Source: Burkholderiaceae bacterium (GTDB lineage: Bacteria; Pseudomonadota; Gammaproteobacteria; Burkholderiales; Burkholderiaceae_C). From it: 52,685 bases of DNA. Made by a program: the position numbers and the translations under genes. The notes under the pieces were generated by a model. That model did no database searches. It was given only the letters and a program-made list of their open reading frames with translations, and was not told the DNA's origin. The DNA lies in assembly GCA_031285125.1 (NCBI GenBank), contig JAITWT010000031.1, positions 1 to 52,685 on the forward strand, read 5' to 3'. This document shows, piece by piece, positions 1-10,686 of this stretch (position 1 is the stretch's first letter; each line of letters starts with the position of its first letter).

Positions 1-1
1 C

Positions 2-133
2 GTCACCGGCTGGCGCGGCGCGCTGCAAATGCGCGAAGGCCAACGCCACGCCTGGAGCCGCCTGCCCGTCACCCTGGCCCCCATCCTGCCCGGCGCGCTG
101 CCGGTGTTGCAGTGGCTGGCGCAGGAGGGGTGA
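2..133 (+). CDS. 3' end of an unidentified gene entering from the left edge (partial)
   Basis: Frame is open from the window edge. Nearly all codons end in G/C, as in neighbouring genes. TGA at 131-133. Too short to name. Confidence 0.4.
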   Translation, partial: VTGWRGALQMREGQRHAWSRLPVTLAPILPGALPVLQWLAQEG

Positions 134-527
134 GCGCGGGTACTGGCCCGGCAGGACGGCGGTTTTGAGTCTCTGGCGGGCTGAGTTTTAATCAATTTAG
201 CAAAGACATCATCCCGCCTTGCCGCGCGCTCGTTTTGTGGGCGGGCGTCAAACTGACTGCGCCGGGATGGCGTTCCTTATCGGGTTTGGGCTTGGCCTGG
301 ATTGAAGCGCCAGACCCAAAATAGTTGGCGATAACTGTATATAATCAACGGTTTGACCAAAATCGAACAGGGTGTAGAGCCGGATACGGTCAAAGTTGTA
401 AGTCCGGTTCTTAGGGAGAGGGTCCAGTAATGGATTGTCACTACCCGCCATCCTGAAAAATGCACGGTGCGCGCAGTTCCAGCGTGCGCCGCAAGTCAAA
501 TATTCCCTCGGAACAAGGAAACACATC

Positions 528-794
528 ATGATTGCTACTTCGGCCAAAGCCGGAATCATCAAGGACAACGCCCGCGCCGCCAACGATACCGGCAGCCCGG
601 AAGTCCAAGTCGCGTTGCTGACGGCACGTATCAACGAGCTGACCCCCCACTTCAAGACCCACGCCAAGGATCACCATGGCCGCCGCGGTTTGTTGCGCAT
701 GGTCAGCCGGCGTCGCAAGCTGCTGGACTATCTCAAATCCAAGGACAGCGACCGCTATACCGCGCTGATCAGCAAGCTGGGGCTGCGTAAGTAA
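528..794 (+). CDS. rpsO: 30S ribosomal protein S15
   Basis: 88-aa product [70 protein letters not shown] is a typical S15. ATG at 528 is preceded by AAGGAAA. The ORF-track start at 435 is an upstream extension. Confidence 0.95.
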   Translation: MIATSAKAGIIKDNARAANDTGSPEVQVALLTARINELTPHFKTHAKDHHGRRGLLRMVSRRRKLLDYLKSKDSDRYTALISKLGLRK

Positions 795-812
795 CCCCAG
801 ATTGTTTACAAA

Positions 813-847
813 GCGCCTGAGTTGGACCCCTGGCTCAGGCGTTTTTT
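813..847 (+). terminator. Rho-independent terminator after rpsO
   Basis: GCGCCTGAG (813-821) pairs with CTCAGGCG (834-841) and is followed by TTTTTT (842-847). Confidence 0.75.
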
Positions 848-881
848 ACTTTGGAGCGGCTCTTGCTGCAGATCGAAGCTG

Positions 882-924
882 TGTCATTCCAGAGAAGCCT
901 GAAGCCGGGTTTCGCTGGAATGGC
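882..924 (+). promoter_or_regulatory. Long hairpin in the pnp 5' leader (possible RNase III/autoregulation stem)
   Basis: TGTCATTCCAG (882-892) pairs with CTGGAATGGCA (914-924) in an 11-bp stem with one G-U pair. It lies 77 nt upstream of the pnp ATG. The E. coli pnp leader is known to carry an RNase III-cleaved hairpin. Confidence 0.35.
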
Positions 925-1000
925 ATCGTGTTCTGCTCGATAGCGCTCCGTTTTCACCGGGTTTGACCCGACGCGTTCTCATATTTCTAAAGGAACAGAC

Positions 1001-3286
1001 ATGAGCCTCTTCAACAAAGTCACCAAAACCTTCCAGTGGGGCGATAGGACAGTCGTCATGGAAACGGGCGAGATTGCACGCCAAGCCACTGGCGCGGTAC
1101 TGGTCAACATCGAGGGCACCGTGGTGCTGGCCACGGTGGTGGCTTCCAAGACCGCCAAGCCGGGGCAGGATTTTTTCCCGCTGACGGTCGATTACATCGA
1201 GAAAACCTACGCCGCCGGCAGAATACCGGGCAGTTTTTTCAAGCGCGAGGCCAAGCCCAGCGAACTCGAAACGCTGACTTCGCGTCTGATCGATCGCCCG
1301 ATTCGTCCGCTGTTCCCCGAGGGTTTCTACAACGAAGTGCATGTGGTGATCCACACCGTGTCTTTGAACCCCGAGGTGGATGCCGACATCGCCGCACTGA
1401 TCGCCAGCAGCGCCGCGCTCTCGGTTTCGGGTATTCCGTTCAACGGCCCGATTGGCGCGGCCCGTGTGGGCTATGACAATGGGCAGTATGTGCTCAACCC
1501 CAGTCCGAGCGCGCGCAAGAACTCGCAGATGGATCTGGTGGTCGCGGGGACCGAGGCGGCTGTGCTGATGGTTGAATCCGAGGCCCTGCAATTGCCCGAA
1601 GAGGTCATGCTCGGGGGCGTCGTGTTCGGCCACGAGCAGGCCAAGATCGCCATCGACGCGATTCACGAATTGGTCCGCGATGCGGGCAAGCCCGCGTGGG
1701 ATTGGCAGCCGCCGGCCAAGGACGAAGCCTTTATCGCCAAGGTCACGCAACTGGCTGAAGACAAGCTGCGCGCGGCCTACCAAATTCGCGGCAAGCAGGC
1801 GCGCACGCAAGCGCTGCGCGAGGCGTCGGCCAGCGTAATGGAGTCGCTCACGAACGAGGGCCTGGCCTTCGATCCGGTCAAGGTCGAGACGCTGTTGTTC
1901 GAGATCGAAGCGCGCATCGTGCGCAGCCAGATTCTGGCCGGTGAGCCGCGCATCGATGGGCGCGATACGCGCACCGTGCGCCCGATTGAGATTCGCAACA
2001 GCGTGCTGCCGCGCACGCACGGTTCGGCGCTGTTCACGCGCGGCGAAACGCAGGCGCTGGTCGTGACCACGCTGGGCACCGAGCGCGACGCGCAGCGCAT
2101 CGACGCGCTGGCCGGCGAGTTCGAGGATCGCTTCCTGTTCCACTACAACATGCCGCCGTTCGCCACCGGCGAAGTCGGCCGCATGGGTTCGACCAAGCGG
2201 CGCGAAATCGGCCACGGCCGCTTGGCCAAGCGCGCGCTGGTGGCGTGCCTGCCGAGTAAGGACGAATTCCCCTACACCATCCGCGTGGTCAGTGAAATCA
2301 CGGAATCCAATGGTTCGTCGTCGATGGCCTCCGTGTGCGGCGGCTGCCTGTCCATGATGGATGCGGGCGTGCCGATGAAGGCGCATGTGGCCGGTATCGC
2401 GATGGGCCTGATTAAGGAAGGCAACCGTTTCGCGGTGTTGACGGACATCCTCGGCGATGAGGATCACCTCGGGGACATGGATTTCAAGGTGGCGGGGACC
2501 ACCAACGGGATCACCGCATTGCAAATGGACATCAAGATCCAGGGCATTACCAAGGAAATCATGCAGGTCGCGCTGGCCCAGGCCAAGGAAGCGCGGATGC
2601 ACATTTTGGGCAAGATGCAAGCTGCGCTGGGCCAGGCTAAGACCGAGATCAGCAATTACGCGCCCAAGCTGTTCACGATGAAGATCAACCCCGAGCGGAT
2701 TCGTGACGTGATCGGCAAGGGCGGCTCGACCATCCGTCAACTCACGGAAGAAACCGGCACCCAGATCGACATTGCCGAAGACGGCACCATCACCATCGCT
2801 TCCAATGACAGCGCCAAGGCCGATGAGGCCAAGCGCCGCATCGAAGAGTTGACGGCGGAGGTAGAAGTTGGCAAGGTCTATGAAGGCGCTGTGACCAAGT
2901 TGCTGGATTTCGGCGCGCTGGTCAATTTGCTGCCCGGCAAGGATGGTCTGCTGCACATCAGCCAGATTGCGCACGAGCGCGTTGAAAAGGTCAGCGACTA
3001 TTTGAGCGAAGGCCAGATCGTCAAGGTCAAGGTGCTGGAGACCGACGACAAGGGCCGTGTCAAACTGTCGATGAAGGCGTTGACCGAGCGCCCGGCGGGT
3101 TTGCCAGAATACGAGCGGGGTCCGCGCCGTGAGCGCGGCGAGCGCGGCGAGCGCGGGGAACGTTGGTCGCGCGAGCCGCGCGAAGAGCGTCAGCCGCCGC
3201 GCGAGTTCAGCGCCGAACCCGAGGCTCAACAACAGCCGCCGCAGCCTGCTGCGCCGGGCTCGGATGCGGATACATCGCAGGGCTGA
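1001..3286 (+). CDS. pnp: Polyribonucleotide nucleotidyltransferase (PNPase)
   Basis: 761 aa with two RNase PH-like halves, a KH domain ([15 protein letters not shown]) and an S1 domain ([18 protein letters not shown]). It sits in the classic position after rpsO and carries an acidic/Arg-rich C-terminal tail. Confidence 0.97.
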   Translation: MSLFNKVTKTFQWGDRTVVMETGEIARQATGAVLVNIEGTVVLATVVASKTAKPGQDFFPLTVDYIEKTYAAGRIPGSFFKREAKPSELETLTSRLIDRPIRPLFPEGFYNEVHVVIHTVSLNPEVDADIAALIASSAALSVSGIPFNGPIGAARVGYDNGQYVLNPSPSARKNSQMDLVVAGTEAAVLMVESEALQLPEEVMLGGVVFGHEQAKIAIDAIHELVRDAGKPAWDWQPPAKDEAFIAKVTQLAEDKLRAAYQIRGKQARTQALREASASVMESLTNEGLAFDPVKVETLLFEIEARIVRSQILAGEPRIDGRDTRTVRPIEIRNSVLPRTHGSALFTRGETQALVVTTLGTERDAQRIDALAGEFEDRFLFHYNMPPFATGEVGRMGSTKRREIGHGRLAKRALVACLPSKDEFPYTIRVVSEITESNGSSSMASVCGGCLSMMDAGVPMKAHVAGIAMGLIKEGNRFAVLTDILGDEDHLGDMDFKVAGTTNGITALQMDIKIQGITKEIMQVALAQAKEARMHILGKMQAALGQAKTEISNYAPKLFTMKINPERIRDVIGKGGSTIRQLTEETGTQIDIAEDGTITIASNDSAKADEAKRRIEELTAEVEVGKVYEGAVTKLLDFGALVNLLPGKDGLLHISQIAHERVEKVSDYLSEGQIVKVKVLETDDKGRVKLSMKALTERPAGLPEYERGPRRERGERGERGERWSREPREERQPPREFSAEPEAQQQPPQPAAPGSDADTSQG
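3131..3157 (+). repeat. In-frame 9-bp x3 tandem repeat (GAGCGCGGC) in the pnp tail
   Basis: gagcgcggc gagcgcggc gagcgcggg encodes ERGERGERG. Confidence 0.9.
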
Positions 3287-3334
3287 CCGGTGCTTGCGAT
3301 GTTGGATGTATTGGTATAGCGTAGCTGCGGTGGT

Positions 3335-3362
3335 GCGTTCGGCGCAGTCCGAACGCGGTTTT
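3335..3362 (+). terminator. Putative terminator after pnp
   Basis: GCGTTCGG (3335-3342) pairs with CCGAACGC (3349-3356) and is followed by GGTTTTGT. Confidence 0.55.
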
Positions 3363-3412
3363 GTGGCATCGGCCGTTACGCTTACTGCGCGAAGCGCAGA
3401 GTCGGAGGATTT

Positions 3413-4411
3413 ATGAAAGCGATTGAAGTTTCAGCTTACGGCGCTCCCGAGGTGTTACGCGAGGTCGAACGCCCCGATCCGGTCGCGGGTGTGGGCGAAG
3501 TCCTGATCCGTGTGGGTGCGAGCGGCGTCAATCGCCCCGACGTGTTGCAACGCCGGGGAGACTATCCGGTGCCGCCGGGCGCATCCGATCTCCCGGGGCT
3601 CGAAGTGGCTGGCGAGATCGTCGCCGGTGATGCACAGGCGCTTAGCGCCGCCGGGCTGCGTATCGGCGAGCGTGTTTGCGCGCTGGTCGCGGGGGGCGGT
3701 TATGCCCAGTTGTGCGTTGCGCCGGCGGTGCAATGTCTGCCGGTGCCCTCGGGGTGGAGTGATGTTCAAGCGGCTGCGCTGCCCGAGACTTTTTTCACCG
3801 TCTGGAGCAATGTGTTCGAACGTGGGCAGTTGCAACGCAGCGAGACTTTGCTGGTGCAGGGCGGCTCCAGCGGCATCGGCGTGGCCGCGATTCAGTTGGG
3901 CAAGGCCATGGGCGCGCACGTGATTGCCACGGCGGGCAGCGACGAAAAATGCGCAGCCTGCCTGCGCCTGGGCGCTGATCACGCGATCAATTACAAGCAT
4001 GCCGATTTCGCCGTCGAGGTCAAACGCATCACGCAGGGGCGCGGCGCGGATGTCATTCTCGATATGGTGGCCGGCGACTATGTGGCGCGCGAAATCGGTT
4101 GCCTGGCCGATGATGGCCGGCTGGTCCTCATCGCGATGCAAGGCGGCATCAAGTGTGCATTTGACGCCAGCGAGCTGTTGCTGCGGCGCTTGACGATCAC
4201 GGGCTCGACGTTGCGGCCGCGTCCAGTCGCCTTCAAGGGGGCGATCGCCGCCGCGCTGCGCGCGCAGGTCTGGCCTTTGATCGAAGCCGCTCATGTGCGC
4301 CCAGTGATCCACACGACCTTCCCCGCAGGCGGTTCGCCCAGCGGAGCCGCGCAGGCGCATGCGCTGATGGAGTCGAACCGACACATAGGCAAAATCGTGC
4401 TGACTTGGTGA
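3413..4411 (+). CDS. NAD(P)H:quinone oxidoreductase, zinc-free MDR (PIG3/Qor-like) family
   Basis: 332 aa. Contains MKAIEV..GAPEVL..., [15 protein letters not shown], the nucleotide-binding [15 protein letters not shown] and the C-terminal HIGKIVL motif. Confidence 0.85.
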   Translation: MKAIEVSAYGAPEVLREVERPDPVAGVGEVLIRVGASGVNRPDVLQRRGDYPVPPGASDLPGLEVAGEIVAGDAQALSAAGLRIGERVCALVAGGGYAQLCVAPAVQCLPVPSGWSDVQAAALPETFFTVWSNVFERGQLQRSETLLVQGGSSGIGVAAIQLGKAMGAHVIATAGSDEKCAACLRLGADHAINYKHADFAVEVKRITQGRGADVILDMVAGDYVAREIGCLADDGRLVLIAMQGGIKCAFDASELLLRRLTITGSTLRPRPVAFKGAIAAALRAQVWPLIEAAHVRPVIHTTFPAGGSPSGAAQAHALMESNRHIGKIVLTW

Positions 4412-4454
4412 ATTCAAGAGAGACTTGAGCATGGATAACAAGAGGGATTTGAGC

Positions 4455-5204
4455 ATGGATAAGAAAAAACTGATTGCAGGCAACTGGAAAATGAATGGCG
4501 GTCTTACGGCCAACGAGGCGCTGATGCGCGCGATCCTGCAAGGCATCGGCGCACCTGCGTGTGATGTTGCCGTTTGCGTCCCCGCGCCGTATCTGGCGCA
4601 GGTACAGGCGTTGACCGCGGGCAGCCCCGTCGCGCTTGGCGCGCAGGATGTTTCGGCGCATGCGCAAGGGGCTTACACCGGCGAACAATCGGCGGCGATG
4701 CTCGGTGACTTCGACGTGCGCTATGCCATCGTCGGCCATTCGGAGCGGCGCCAGTATCACGGCGAAAGCGATGAAACCGTGGCCGCCAAGGCCACAGCCG
4801 CGCTAACGCAGGGCATGACGCCGATTGCCTGCGTGGGCGAGACGCTGGCGCAGCGCGAAGCGGGCGAAACCGAGGCGGTGGTCAAGCGCCAGTTGGCCGC
4901 CATCATCCATGCCAATGGCCGCTGCATCAGCGAAATGGTGGTCGCCTACGAACCGGTCTGGGCCATTGGTACCGGCAAGACCGCCACGCCTGAACAAGCG
5001 CAGGCTGTGCACGCCGTGCTGCGCACACAATTGCGCCACGCGGTGGGCGCGCGCGCCGATCTCGTGCGCATCCTCTACGGTGGCAGCATGAACGCGGGCA
5101 ATGCCGCGCAGTTGCTGGCGCAAGAGGACATTGATGGCGGACTCATCGGTGGTGCCGCGCTCAAGGCGGCGGATTTTCTGCAGATCATCGCTGCCGCGCA
5201 CTGA
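4455..5204 (+). CDS. tpiA: Triosephosphate isomerase
   Basis: [15 protein letters not shown]..., [14 protein letters not shown] and LYGGS motifs. The start is ambiguous because the RBS+ATG region is tandemly duplicated; an alternative in-frame ATG lies at 4431. Confidence 0.9.
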   Translation: MDKKKLIAGNWKMNGGLTANEALMRAILQGIGAPACDVAVCVPAPYLAQVQALTAGSPVALGAQDVSAHAQGAYTGEQSAAMLGDFDVRYAIVGHSERRQYHGESDETVAAKATAALTQGMTPIACVGETLAQREAGETEAVVKRQLAAIIHANGRCISEMVVAYEPVWAIGTGKTATPEQAQAVHAVLRTQLRHAVGARADLVRILYGGSMNAGNAAQLLAQEDIDGGLIGGAALKAADFLQIIAAAH

Positions 5205-5245
5205 GCGCGCCGGCCGTGGATATCGAGTATTTGGAGTTTTAAAGC

Positions 5246-5692
5246 ATGAGCATTTTTTTCGGTCTTTTGGTGGCGGTGCAGGTTCTTTCCGCCGTGGCCA
5301 TGGTGGGCCTGATCCTGTTGCAGCACGGCAAGGGCGCCGACATGGGGGCATCTTTTGGCAGCGGTAGCGCCGGCAGTGTGTTCGGCGCCAGCGGGAGTGC
5401 CAACTTTCTGTCGCGCACAACAGCCGTATTGGCCGTGGTTTTTTTCGGCACGACGCTCGCTCTGGCCTACTTTGGTCATGCGAGTTCGGGGGCCGGCGGC
5501 GGTGATAGCGTGCTCGAGCGTGCGGTCACGGGAGCTGCCGCGCCAGCGGTCCCGGTCGCGCCGGCCGCCGCCCCCGCAATCCCGGCGGCGCCGGCTTCTT
5601 CCATCCCGTCGGGTAACGGCAATGCACCAGCCCCTGGGGCAACCGCGGCGCAAAATCATCCCGCACCTGTAACGCCGATCCCAACAAAGTAA
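5246..5692 (+). CDS. secG: Preprotein translocase subunit SecG (with Ala/Pro-rich C-terminal extension)
   Basis: N-terminal LLILLQHGKGADMGASFGSGSAGSVFGASGSANFLSRTT is the SecG signature. It lies in the conserved tpiA-secG-tRNA-Leu-nuoA context. Confidence 0.85.
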   Translation: MSIFFGLLVAVQVLSAVAMVGLILLQHGKGADMGASFGSGSAGSVFGASGSANFLSRTTAVLAVVFFGTTLALAYFGHASSGAGGGDSVLERAVTGAAAPAVPVAPAAAPAIPAAPASSIPSGNGNAPAPGATAAQNHPAPVTPIPTK

Positions 5693-5832
5693 GGAAACGT
5701 GTTGCAGTTGCTGTTGCGTATCGCGCGGCCCTCCATGGAAGCAGCCGACGGAGGTTTAGAGTAAACTCCGAGAGTTGTCCGGGGCGCCAAGCCACAAGGC
5801 TCCCTCACATGCCATCTGGACAAACTTAAAAA

Positions 5833-5917
5833 GCCGTCGTGGTGAAATTGGTAGACACGCTATCTTGAGGGGGTAGTGGCGCAAGCTGTGCGAGTTCGAG
5901 TCTCGCCGACGGCACCA
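5833..5917 (+). tRNA. tRNA-Leu (anticodon GAG)
   Basis: Folded by hand. Acceptor stem GCCGTCG/CGACGGC, anticodon stem CTATC/GGTAG with loop TTGAGGG, a long variable arm, T-arm GCGAG-TTCGAGT-CTCGC, and an encoded CCA. Confidence 0.9.
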
Positions 5918-5972
5918 GAATGCGTTGCTTGGTAGTTTTTTCTACCAGGCAGCACAAAGTGAAGCAATTGCG

Positions 5973-6332
5973 ATGAACCTCAGCCACTATCTCCCCGTTC
6001 TGTTGTTTATCCTGGTCGGAGGTGCGATAGGGGTCTTGCCTCAAGTCATCGGCTATCTGCTTGGCCCCAACCGGCCCGATGCGGCCAAGAACTCCCCCTA
6101 CGAATGCGGTTTCGATGCTTTCGAAGACGCGCGCATGAAGTTCGATGTGCGCTATTACCTGGTGGCGATCCTGTTCATTTTGTTCGATCTGGAAGTCGCC
6201 TTCCTGCTCCCGTGGGGTGTGGCGTTCAAAGGCATTGGTGCGGTGGGCTTCTGGGCGGGCGTCGTGTTTCTGGCGATTTTGACGGTCGGTTTTATCTATG
6301 AATGGAAGAAGGGCGCCCTGAACTGGGAGTAA
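5973..6332 (+). CDS. nuoA: NADH-quinone oxidoreductase subunit A
   Basis: 119 aa. [13 protein letters not shown]..., SPYECGF and [21 protein letters not shown] motifs. ATG at 5973 lies inside the longer track ORF. Confidence 0.93.
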   Translation: MNLSHYLPVLLFILVGGAIGVLPQVIGYLLGPNRPDAAKNSPYECGFDAFEDARMKFDVRYYLVAILFILFDLEVAFLLPWGVAFKGIGAVGFWAGVVFLAILTVGFIYEWKKGALNWE

Positions 6333-6365
6333 ACCGCCGTCCAACACGAAAAAAAGGTCCCAGGC

Positions 6366-6848
6366 ATGAGCATTGAAGGTGTTTTTAAGAAAGGCTTTGT
6401 CACCACGTCATACGATGCGGTGGTGAACTGGGCCGCGACCGGTTCGATATGGCCCATGACCTTCGGTCTGGCCTGCTGCGCGGTCGAGATGATGCACGCC
6501 GCCGCGGCGCGCTATGACATTGGCCGCTTCGGCGCCGAGGTATTTCGCGCCAGCCCGCGCCAGTCCGATCTGATGATCGTCGCGGGCACGCTGACCAACA
6601 AAATGGCCCCGGCCCTGCGCAAGGTTTACGACCAGATGGCCGAGCCGCGCTGGGTGCTGTCGATGGGGTCGTGTGCCAATGGCGGCGGTTATTACCACTA
6701 TAGCTACTCGGTAGTGCGTGGCTGCGACCGGATCGTGCCCGTCGATGTCTACGTGCCGGGCTGCCCACCGACTGCGGAAGCGCTGATCTACGGGATCATT
6801 CAACTCCAGCAGAAGATACGCCGTACGCAGACCATTGCGCGCGCTTGA
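6366..6848 (+). CDS. nuoB: NADH-quinone oxidoreductase subunit B
   Basis: [17 protein letters not shown] and PGCPP cluster-N2 motifs. Confidence 0.96.
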   Translation: MSIEGVFKKGFVTTSYDAVVNWAATGSIWPMTFGLACCAVEMMHAAAARYDIGRFGAEVFRASPRQSDLMIVAGTLTNKMAPALRKVYDQMAEPRWVLSMGSCANGGGYYHYSYSVVRGCDRIVPVDVYVPGCPPTAEALIYGIIQLQQKIRRTQTIARA

Positions 6849-6877
6849 GATGAAACGTCTGCCATACACGCAACGCC

Positions 6878-7495
6878 ATGAGCACTGAATCTGTTGCTAT
6901 CGATCCGCAACTCCTGAAAGATCGCATCGCCGCCGCGCTGGGTGAGCGTGCCCGCGGCATTTCGCTGGCGCTCGGTGAGATTACCGTGACTGTCGATGCC
7001 GCGAGTTATTTGGCGGCGATGCAAGTCCTGCGCGATGCGCCCGATTGCCGTTTCGAGCAACTCATTGATTTGTGCGGCGTCGATTACTTCAGTTACGGCA
7101 ACGAGGCTTGGCAGGGCCGGCCGCGCTTTTGTGTGGTTTCGCACCTGCTGTCGGTGAGCCTGAACCAGCGTGTGCGCGTGAAGGTGTTTTGTCCTGACGA
7201 CGGTTTGCCGGTTGTGCCCTCGGTGTACGCGCTGTGGAATTCGGCCAACTGGTTTGAGCGCGAAGCCTTCGATTTGTACGGAATCGTATTCGAGGGGCAT
7301 CCCGATCTGCGCCGCATCCTGACGGATTACGGGTTCATCGGACATCCGTTCCGCAAGGATTTTCCGCTGACGGGGCATGTTGAAATGCGCTACGACGCTC
7401 AAATGCAGCGCGTGGTCTATCAGCCGGTGACGATCGAGCAGCGCGAAATCACACCGCGCATCGTCCGCGAAGACAACTATGGCGGATTGCACTGA
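6878..7495 (+). CDS. nuoC: NADH-quinone oxidoreductase subunit C
   Basis: 30-kDa subunit motif [25 protein letters not shown]. Confidence 0.95.
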   Translation: MSTESVAIDPQLLKDRIAAALGERARGISLALGEITVTVDAASYLAAMQVLRDAPDCRFEQLIDLCGVDYFSYGNEAWQGRPRFCVVSHLLSVSLNQRVRVKVFCPDDGLPVVPSVYALWNSANWFEREAFDLYGIVFEGHPDLRRILTDYGFIGHPFRKDFPLTGHVEMRYDAQMQRVVYQPVTIEQREITPRIVREDNYGGLH

Positions 7496-8748
7496 TGCCT
7501 GAAATCAAAAACTACACACTCAACTTCGGCCCTCAGCACCCTGCCGCGCACGGCGTGCTGCGCTTGGTGCTCGAGCTCGATGGTGAAGTGGTCCAACGGG
7601 CCGACCCGCACATTGGCTTGTTGCACCGCGCTACCGAGAAGCTGGCCGAATCCAAGACCTACATTCAGGCCTTGCCTTACATGGACCGGCTCGATTACGT
7701 CTCGATGATGAGCAACGAGCACGCCCTTTGTCTGGCGGTCGAGAAGCTGTTGGGGATCGAAGTGCCGTTGCGCGCGCAGTACATCCGCGTGATGTATTCA
7801 GAAATCACGCGCCTGCTCAATCACCTGATGTGGATCGGCTCCCATGCCAACGACTGTGGCAGCTCGACGATGCTGATCTACGCTTTCCGCGAGCGCGAGG
7901 ATTTGTTCGATATGTACGAGGCGGCTTCAGGCGCGCGCATGCACGCGGCCTATTTCCGTCCGGGCGGCGTGTATCGGGATTTGCCTGAAACGATGCCGCA
8001 CTTCAAGGTCAGCAAAATCCGCAGCGCCAAAGGGATGGCGCGGCTGAACGAAAACCGGCAGGGTTCACTGCTTGACTTCATCGAGGATTTTACCCGGCGT
8101 TTCGTCAAGTACCTTGAGGAATACCACACGCTGCTGACCGATAACCGTATCTGGAAGCAGCGTACTGTGGGTATCGGCGTGATTTCACCCGAGCGCGCGC
8201 TCAATATGGGCTTGACCGGGCCGATGCTGCGAGGTTCAGGCTTTGCCTGGGATCTGCGCAAGAAGCAACCCTACGAGGTTTACAGCCAGGTCGATTTCGA
8301 TATTCCCGTGGGTAAGACGGGAGACAGTTACGACCGTTACCTGGTGCGTATGGAAGAGATGGCGCAGTCCAACCGCATCATCGCGCAATGCGTGCAATGG
8401 CTGCGTGCCCATCCGGGGCCGGTGATCACCGAAAACCACAAGGTCGCGCCACCGCACCGCGAGGCGATGAAGACGCACATGGAAGAACTGATCCACCACT
8501 TCAAGTTCTTCACGGAGGGGTTCCACGTCCCCGAGGGCGAAGCCTATGCCGCCATCGAGCACCCCAAGGGCGAGTACGGCATCTACCTCGTCAGCGATGG
8601 CGCCAACAAGCCGTACCGGCTGAAAATTCGTCCGCCTGGATTCCCTCACTTGGCCGCGCTGGATGAGCTCACGCGGGGTCACATGCTTGCTGACACGGTT
8701 GCCGTGATCGGCAGTTTGGATATCGTTTTCGGAGAGATCGACCGATGA
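7495..8748 (+). CDS. nuoD: NADH-quinone oxidoreductase subunit D
   Basis: 49-kDa subunit motif [16 protein letters not shown]. Its ATG overlaps the nuoC stop by 1 nt. Confidence 0.96.
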   Translation: MPEIKNYTLNFGPQHPAAHGVLRLVLELDGEVVQRADPHIGLLHRATEKLAESKTYIQALPYMDRLDYVSMMSNEHALCLAVEKLLGIEVPLRAQYIRVMYSEITRLLNHLMWIGSHANDCGSSTMLIYAFREREDLFDMYEAASGARMHAAYFRPGGVYRDLPETMPHFKVSKIRSAKGMARLNENRQGSLLDFIEDFTRRFVKYLEEYHTLLTDNRIWKQRTVGIGVISPERALNMGLTGPMLRGSGFAWDLRKKQPYEVYSQVDFDIPVGKTGDSYDRYLVRMEEMAQSNRIIAQCVQWLRAHPGPVITENHKVAPPHREAMKTHMEELIHHFKFFTEGFHVPEGEAYAAIEHPKGEYGIYLVSDGANKPYRLKIRPPGFPHLAALDELTRGHMLADTVAVIGSLDIVFGEIDR

Positions 8749-9317
8749 GCGATCACCTCACCCCCCCTTCTGCCGCGGACGTCGCGGCCATTCCAGTCAC
8801 CGCGGCACAGTTGCCCCAGTCCATGCTGGAGCGTTTTGCGCGCGAAGTCGCCAAATATCCTGCCGAGCAGGCACAGTCTGCCGTGATTGCGTGCTTGTCC
8901 ATCGTGCAGCAGCAATTTGGACATGTCAGTGTGCAAGCAGAGGCGGCGGTGGCCCAGTATCTGGGTCTGTCGCCGATCGCCGTGCACGAGGTCACGACTT
9001 TTTACAACATGTACAACCCGCAGCCGGTGGGCAAGTACAAGCTCAACGTTTGCACGAATTTGCCGTGTCAGTTGCGCGAGGGGGTTCATGCGCTGGCGCA
9101 CCTCGAAAAAAAATTGGGCATCCGCATGGGCGAGACCACGCCCGATGGCTTGTTCACGCTCCAGCAAAGCGAATGTCTGGGCGCGTGTGCCGATTCGCCG
9201 GTGATGCTCGTCAACGATCGCATCATGTGCAGCTTCATGAGTAACGACAAGCTCGATGCACTCATTGATGGATTGCGCGCGGCAGCCGGGCAGGCCCAGG
9301 AAGGCGGCCAGTCATGA
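8745..9317 (+). CDS. nuoE: NADH-quinone oxidoreductase subunit E
   Basis: 24-kDa [2Fe-2S] subunit with CTNLPCQL and [15 protein letters not shown]. It shares an ATGA overlap with nuoD. Confidence 0.94.
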   Translation: MSDHLTPPSAADVAAIPVTAAQLPQSMLERFAREVAKYPAEQAQSAVIACLSIVQQQFGHVSVQAEAAVAQYLGLSPIAVHEVTTFYNMYNPQPVGKYKLNVCTNLPCQLREGVHALAHLEKKLGIRMGETTPDGLFTLQQSECLGACADSPVMLVNDRIMCSFMSNDKLDALIDGLRAAAGQAQEGGQS

Positions 9318-10672
9318 CGACAATGACTCCCGATCAAGTCCTTGCGCAGTTTGAAGCCACTGGCGCGCAGACCTGTTTTCATGGCCGCCACATTCAGCCG
9401 CAGATCTACAAGGATCTGAACGGCAGCAATTGGCGCCTCAAGGATTACGAAGCGCGTGGCGGCTATCAGGCGCTGCGCAAAATTCTTGCCGAGGGCATGA
9501 CGCCCGATCAAGTCATCGCCGAGGTCAAGGCTTCTGGTTTGCGCGGGCGCGGCGGCGCAGGTTTTCCCACGGGGCTGAAGTGGAGCTTCATGCCGCGCCA
9601 GTTCCCGGGGCAGAAGTACCTCGTGTGCAACGCCGATGAAGGGGAGCCGGGGACCTGCAAAGACCGCGATATCTTGCTGTACAACCCGCACCTCGTGATC
9701 GAGGGCATGGTGATCGGTGCTTTCGCCATGGGCGTCAGCGTCGGCTACAACTATATTCACGGCGAAATTTTTCAGACTTACGAGCGTTTCGAGGCGGCCA
9801 TCGAGGAAGCCCGCGCCGCCGGTTATCTGGGCGACAACATCCTGGGCAGCGCTTTCAGTTTTCAGCTGCACGCCGCGCATGGCTTTGGCGCCTATGTCTG
9901 CGGCGAGGAAACCGGGCTGCTCGAATCGCTCGAGGGGAAAAAGGGCCAGCCCCGCTTCAAGCCGCCCTTTCCGGCCAGCTTCGGCCTGTACGGCAAACCC
10001 ACGACCGTCAACAATGTCGAGACCTTGGCGGCGGTGCCGTGGATCATCTGCAATGGCGCGAAAGCCTATCTGGAATGCGGCAAACCCAACAACGGCGGCA
10101 CCAAGATTTTTTCGGTCAGCGGTGATGTGGAGCAGCCCGGCAATTATGAAATTCCGATGGGAACGCCTTTTGCCAAATTGCTTGAGCTGGCCGGCGGCGT
10201 GCGCGGCGGGCGCAAGCTCAAGGCGGTGATTCCGGGCGGATCGTCCTCGCCGGTGCTGCCTGCGCACATCATCATGGAATGCACGATGGACTATGACTCG
10301 ATCGCAAAAGCCGGCTCCATGCTCGGGTCGGGCGCGGTCATCGTGATGGACGAAACGCGTTCGATGGTGCAGGCGCTGCGCCGCTTGTCGTACTTCTATA
10401 TGCATGAATCCTGTGGTCAATGCACCCCGTGCCGTGAGGGGACGGGCTGGATGTGGCGCTTGGTCGATCGCATTCACAACGGACAGGGCCGGCCCAGCGA
10501 TCTCGCGTTGCTCGACAACGTCGGAGAAAACATCATGGGCCGTACGATCTGCGCGCTGGGCGATGCTGCTGCAATGCCGGTGCGCGCAATGATCAAGCAG
10601 TTCCGCCACGAGTTCGAGGCGCTCATTCCCGGGCTTGCCGCTGCCACCGCAGCGACAGGTGAGAAAGTTTGA
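9314..10672 (+). CDS. nuoF: NADH-quinone oxidoreductase subunit F
   Basis: 51-kDa subunit with [16 protein letters not shown] (FMN/NADH site) and [12 protein letters not shown]. Confidence 0.96.
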   Translation: MTTMTPDQVLAQFEATGAQTCFHGRHIQPQIYKDLNGSNWRLKDYEARGGYQALRKILAEGMTPDQVIAEVKASGLRGRGGAGFPTGLKWSFMPRQFPGQKYLVCNADEGEPGTCKDRDILLYNPHLVIEGMVIGAFAMGVSVGYNYIHGEIFQTYERFEAAIEEARAAGYLGDNILGSAFSFQLHAAHGFGAYVCGEETGLLESLEGKKGQPRFKPPFPASFGLYGKPTTVNNVETLAAVPWIICNGAKAYLECGKPNNGGTKIFSVSGDVEQPGNYEIPMGTPFAKLLELAGGVRGGRKLKAVIPGGSSSPVLPAHIIMECTMDYDSIAKAGSMLGSGAVIVMDETRSMVQALRRLSYFYMHESCGQCTPCREGTGWMWRLVDRIHNGQGRPSDLALLDNVGENIMGRTICALGDAAAMPVRAMIKQFRHEFEALIPGLAAATAATGEKV

Positions 10673-10686
10673 GGCGGGGAACGGAT

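Noticed and set aside
134-527. rpsO promoter (TATAAT at about 337-342) and S15 autoregulatory leader
   Set aside because: The -10-like hexamer has no acceptable -35 at 16-18 bp and its TG is mis-spaced for an extended -10. I could not define a leader pseudoknot by eye, so I do not report it as a feature.
884-3232. 782-aa minus-strand ORF antisense to pnp
   Set aside because: It lies entirely within the unmistakable pnp gene. The product is Arg/Ala/Gly/Leu-rich low-complexity sequence, typical of the stop-poor antisense frames of high-GC DNA.
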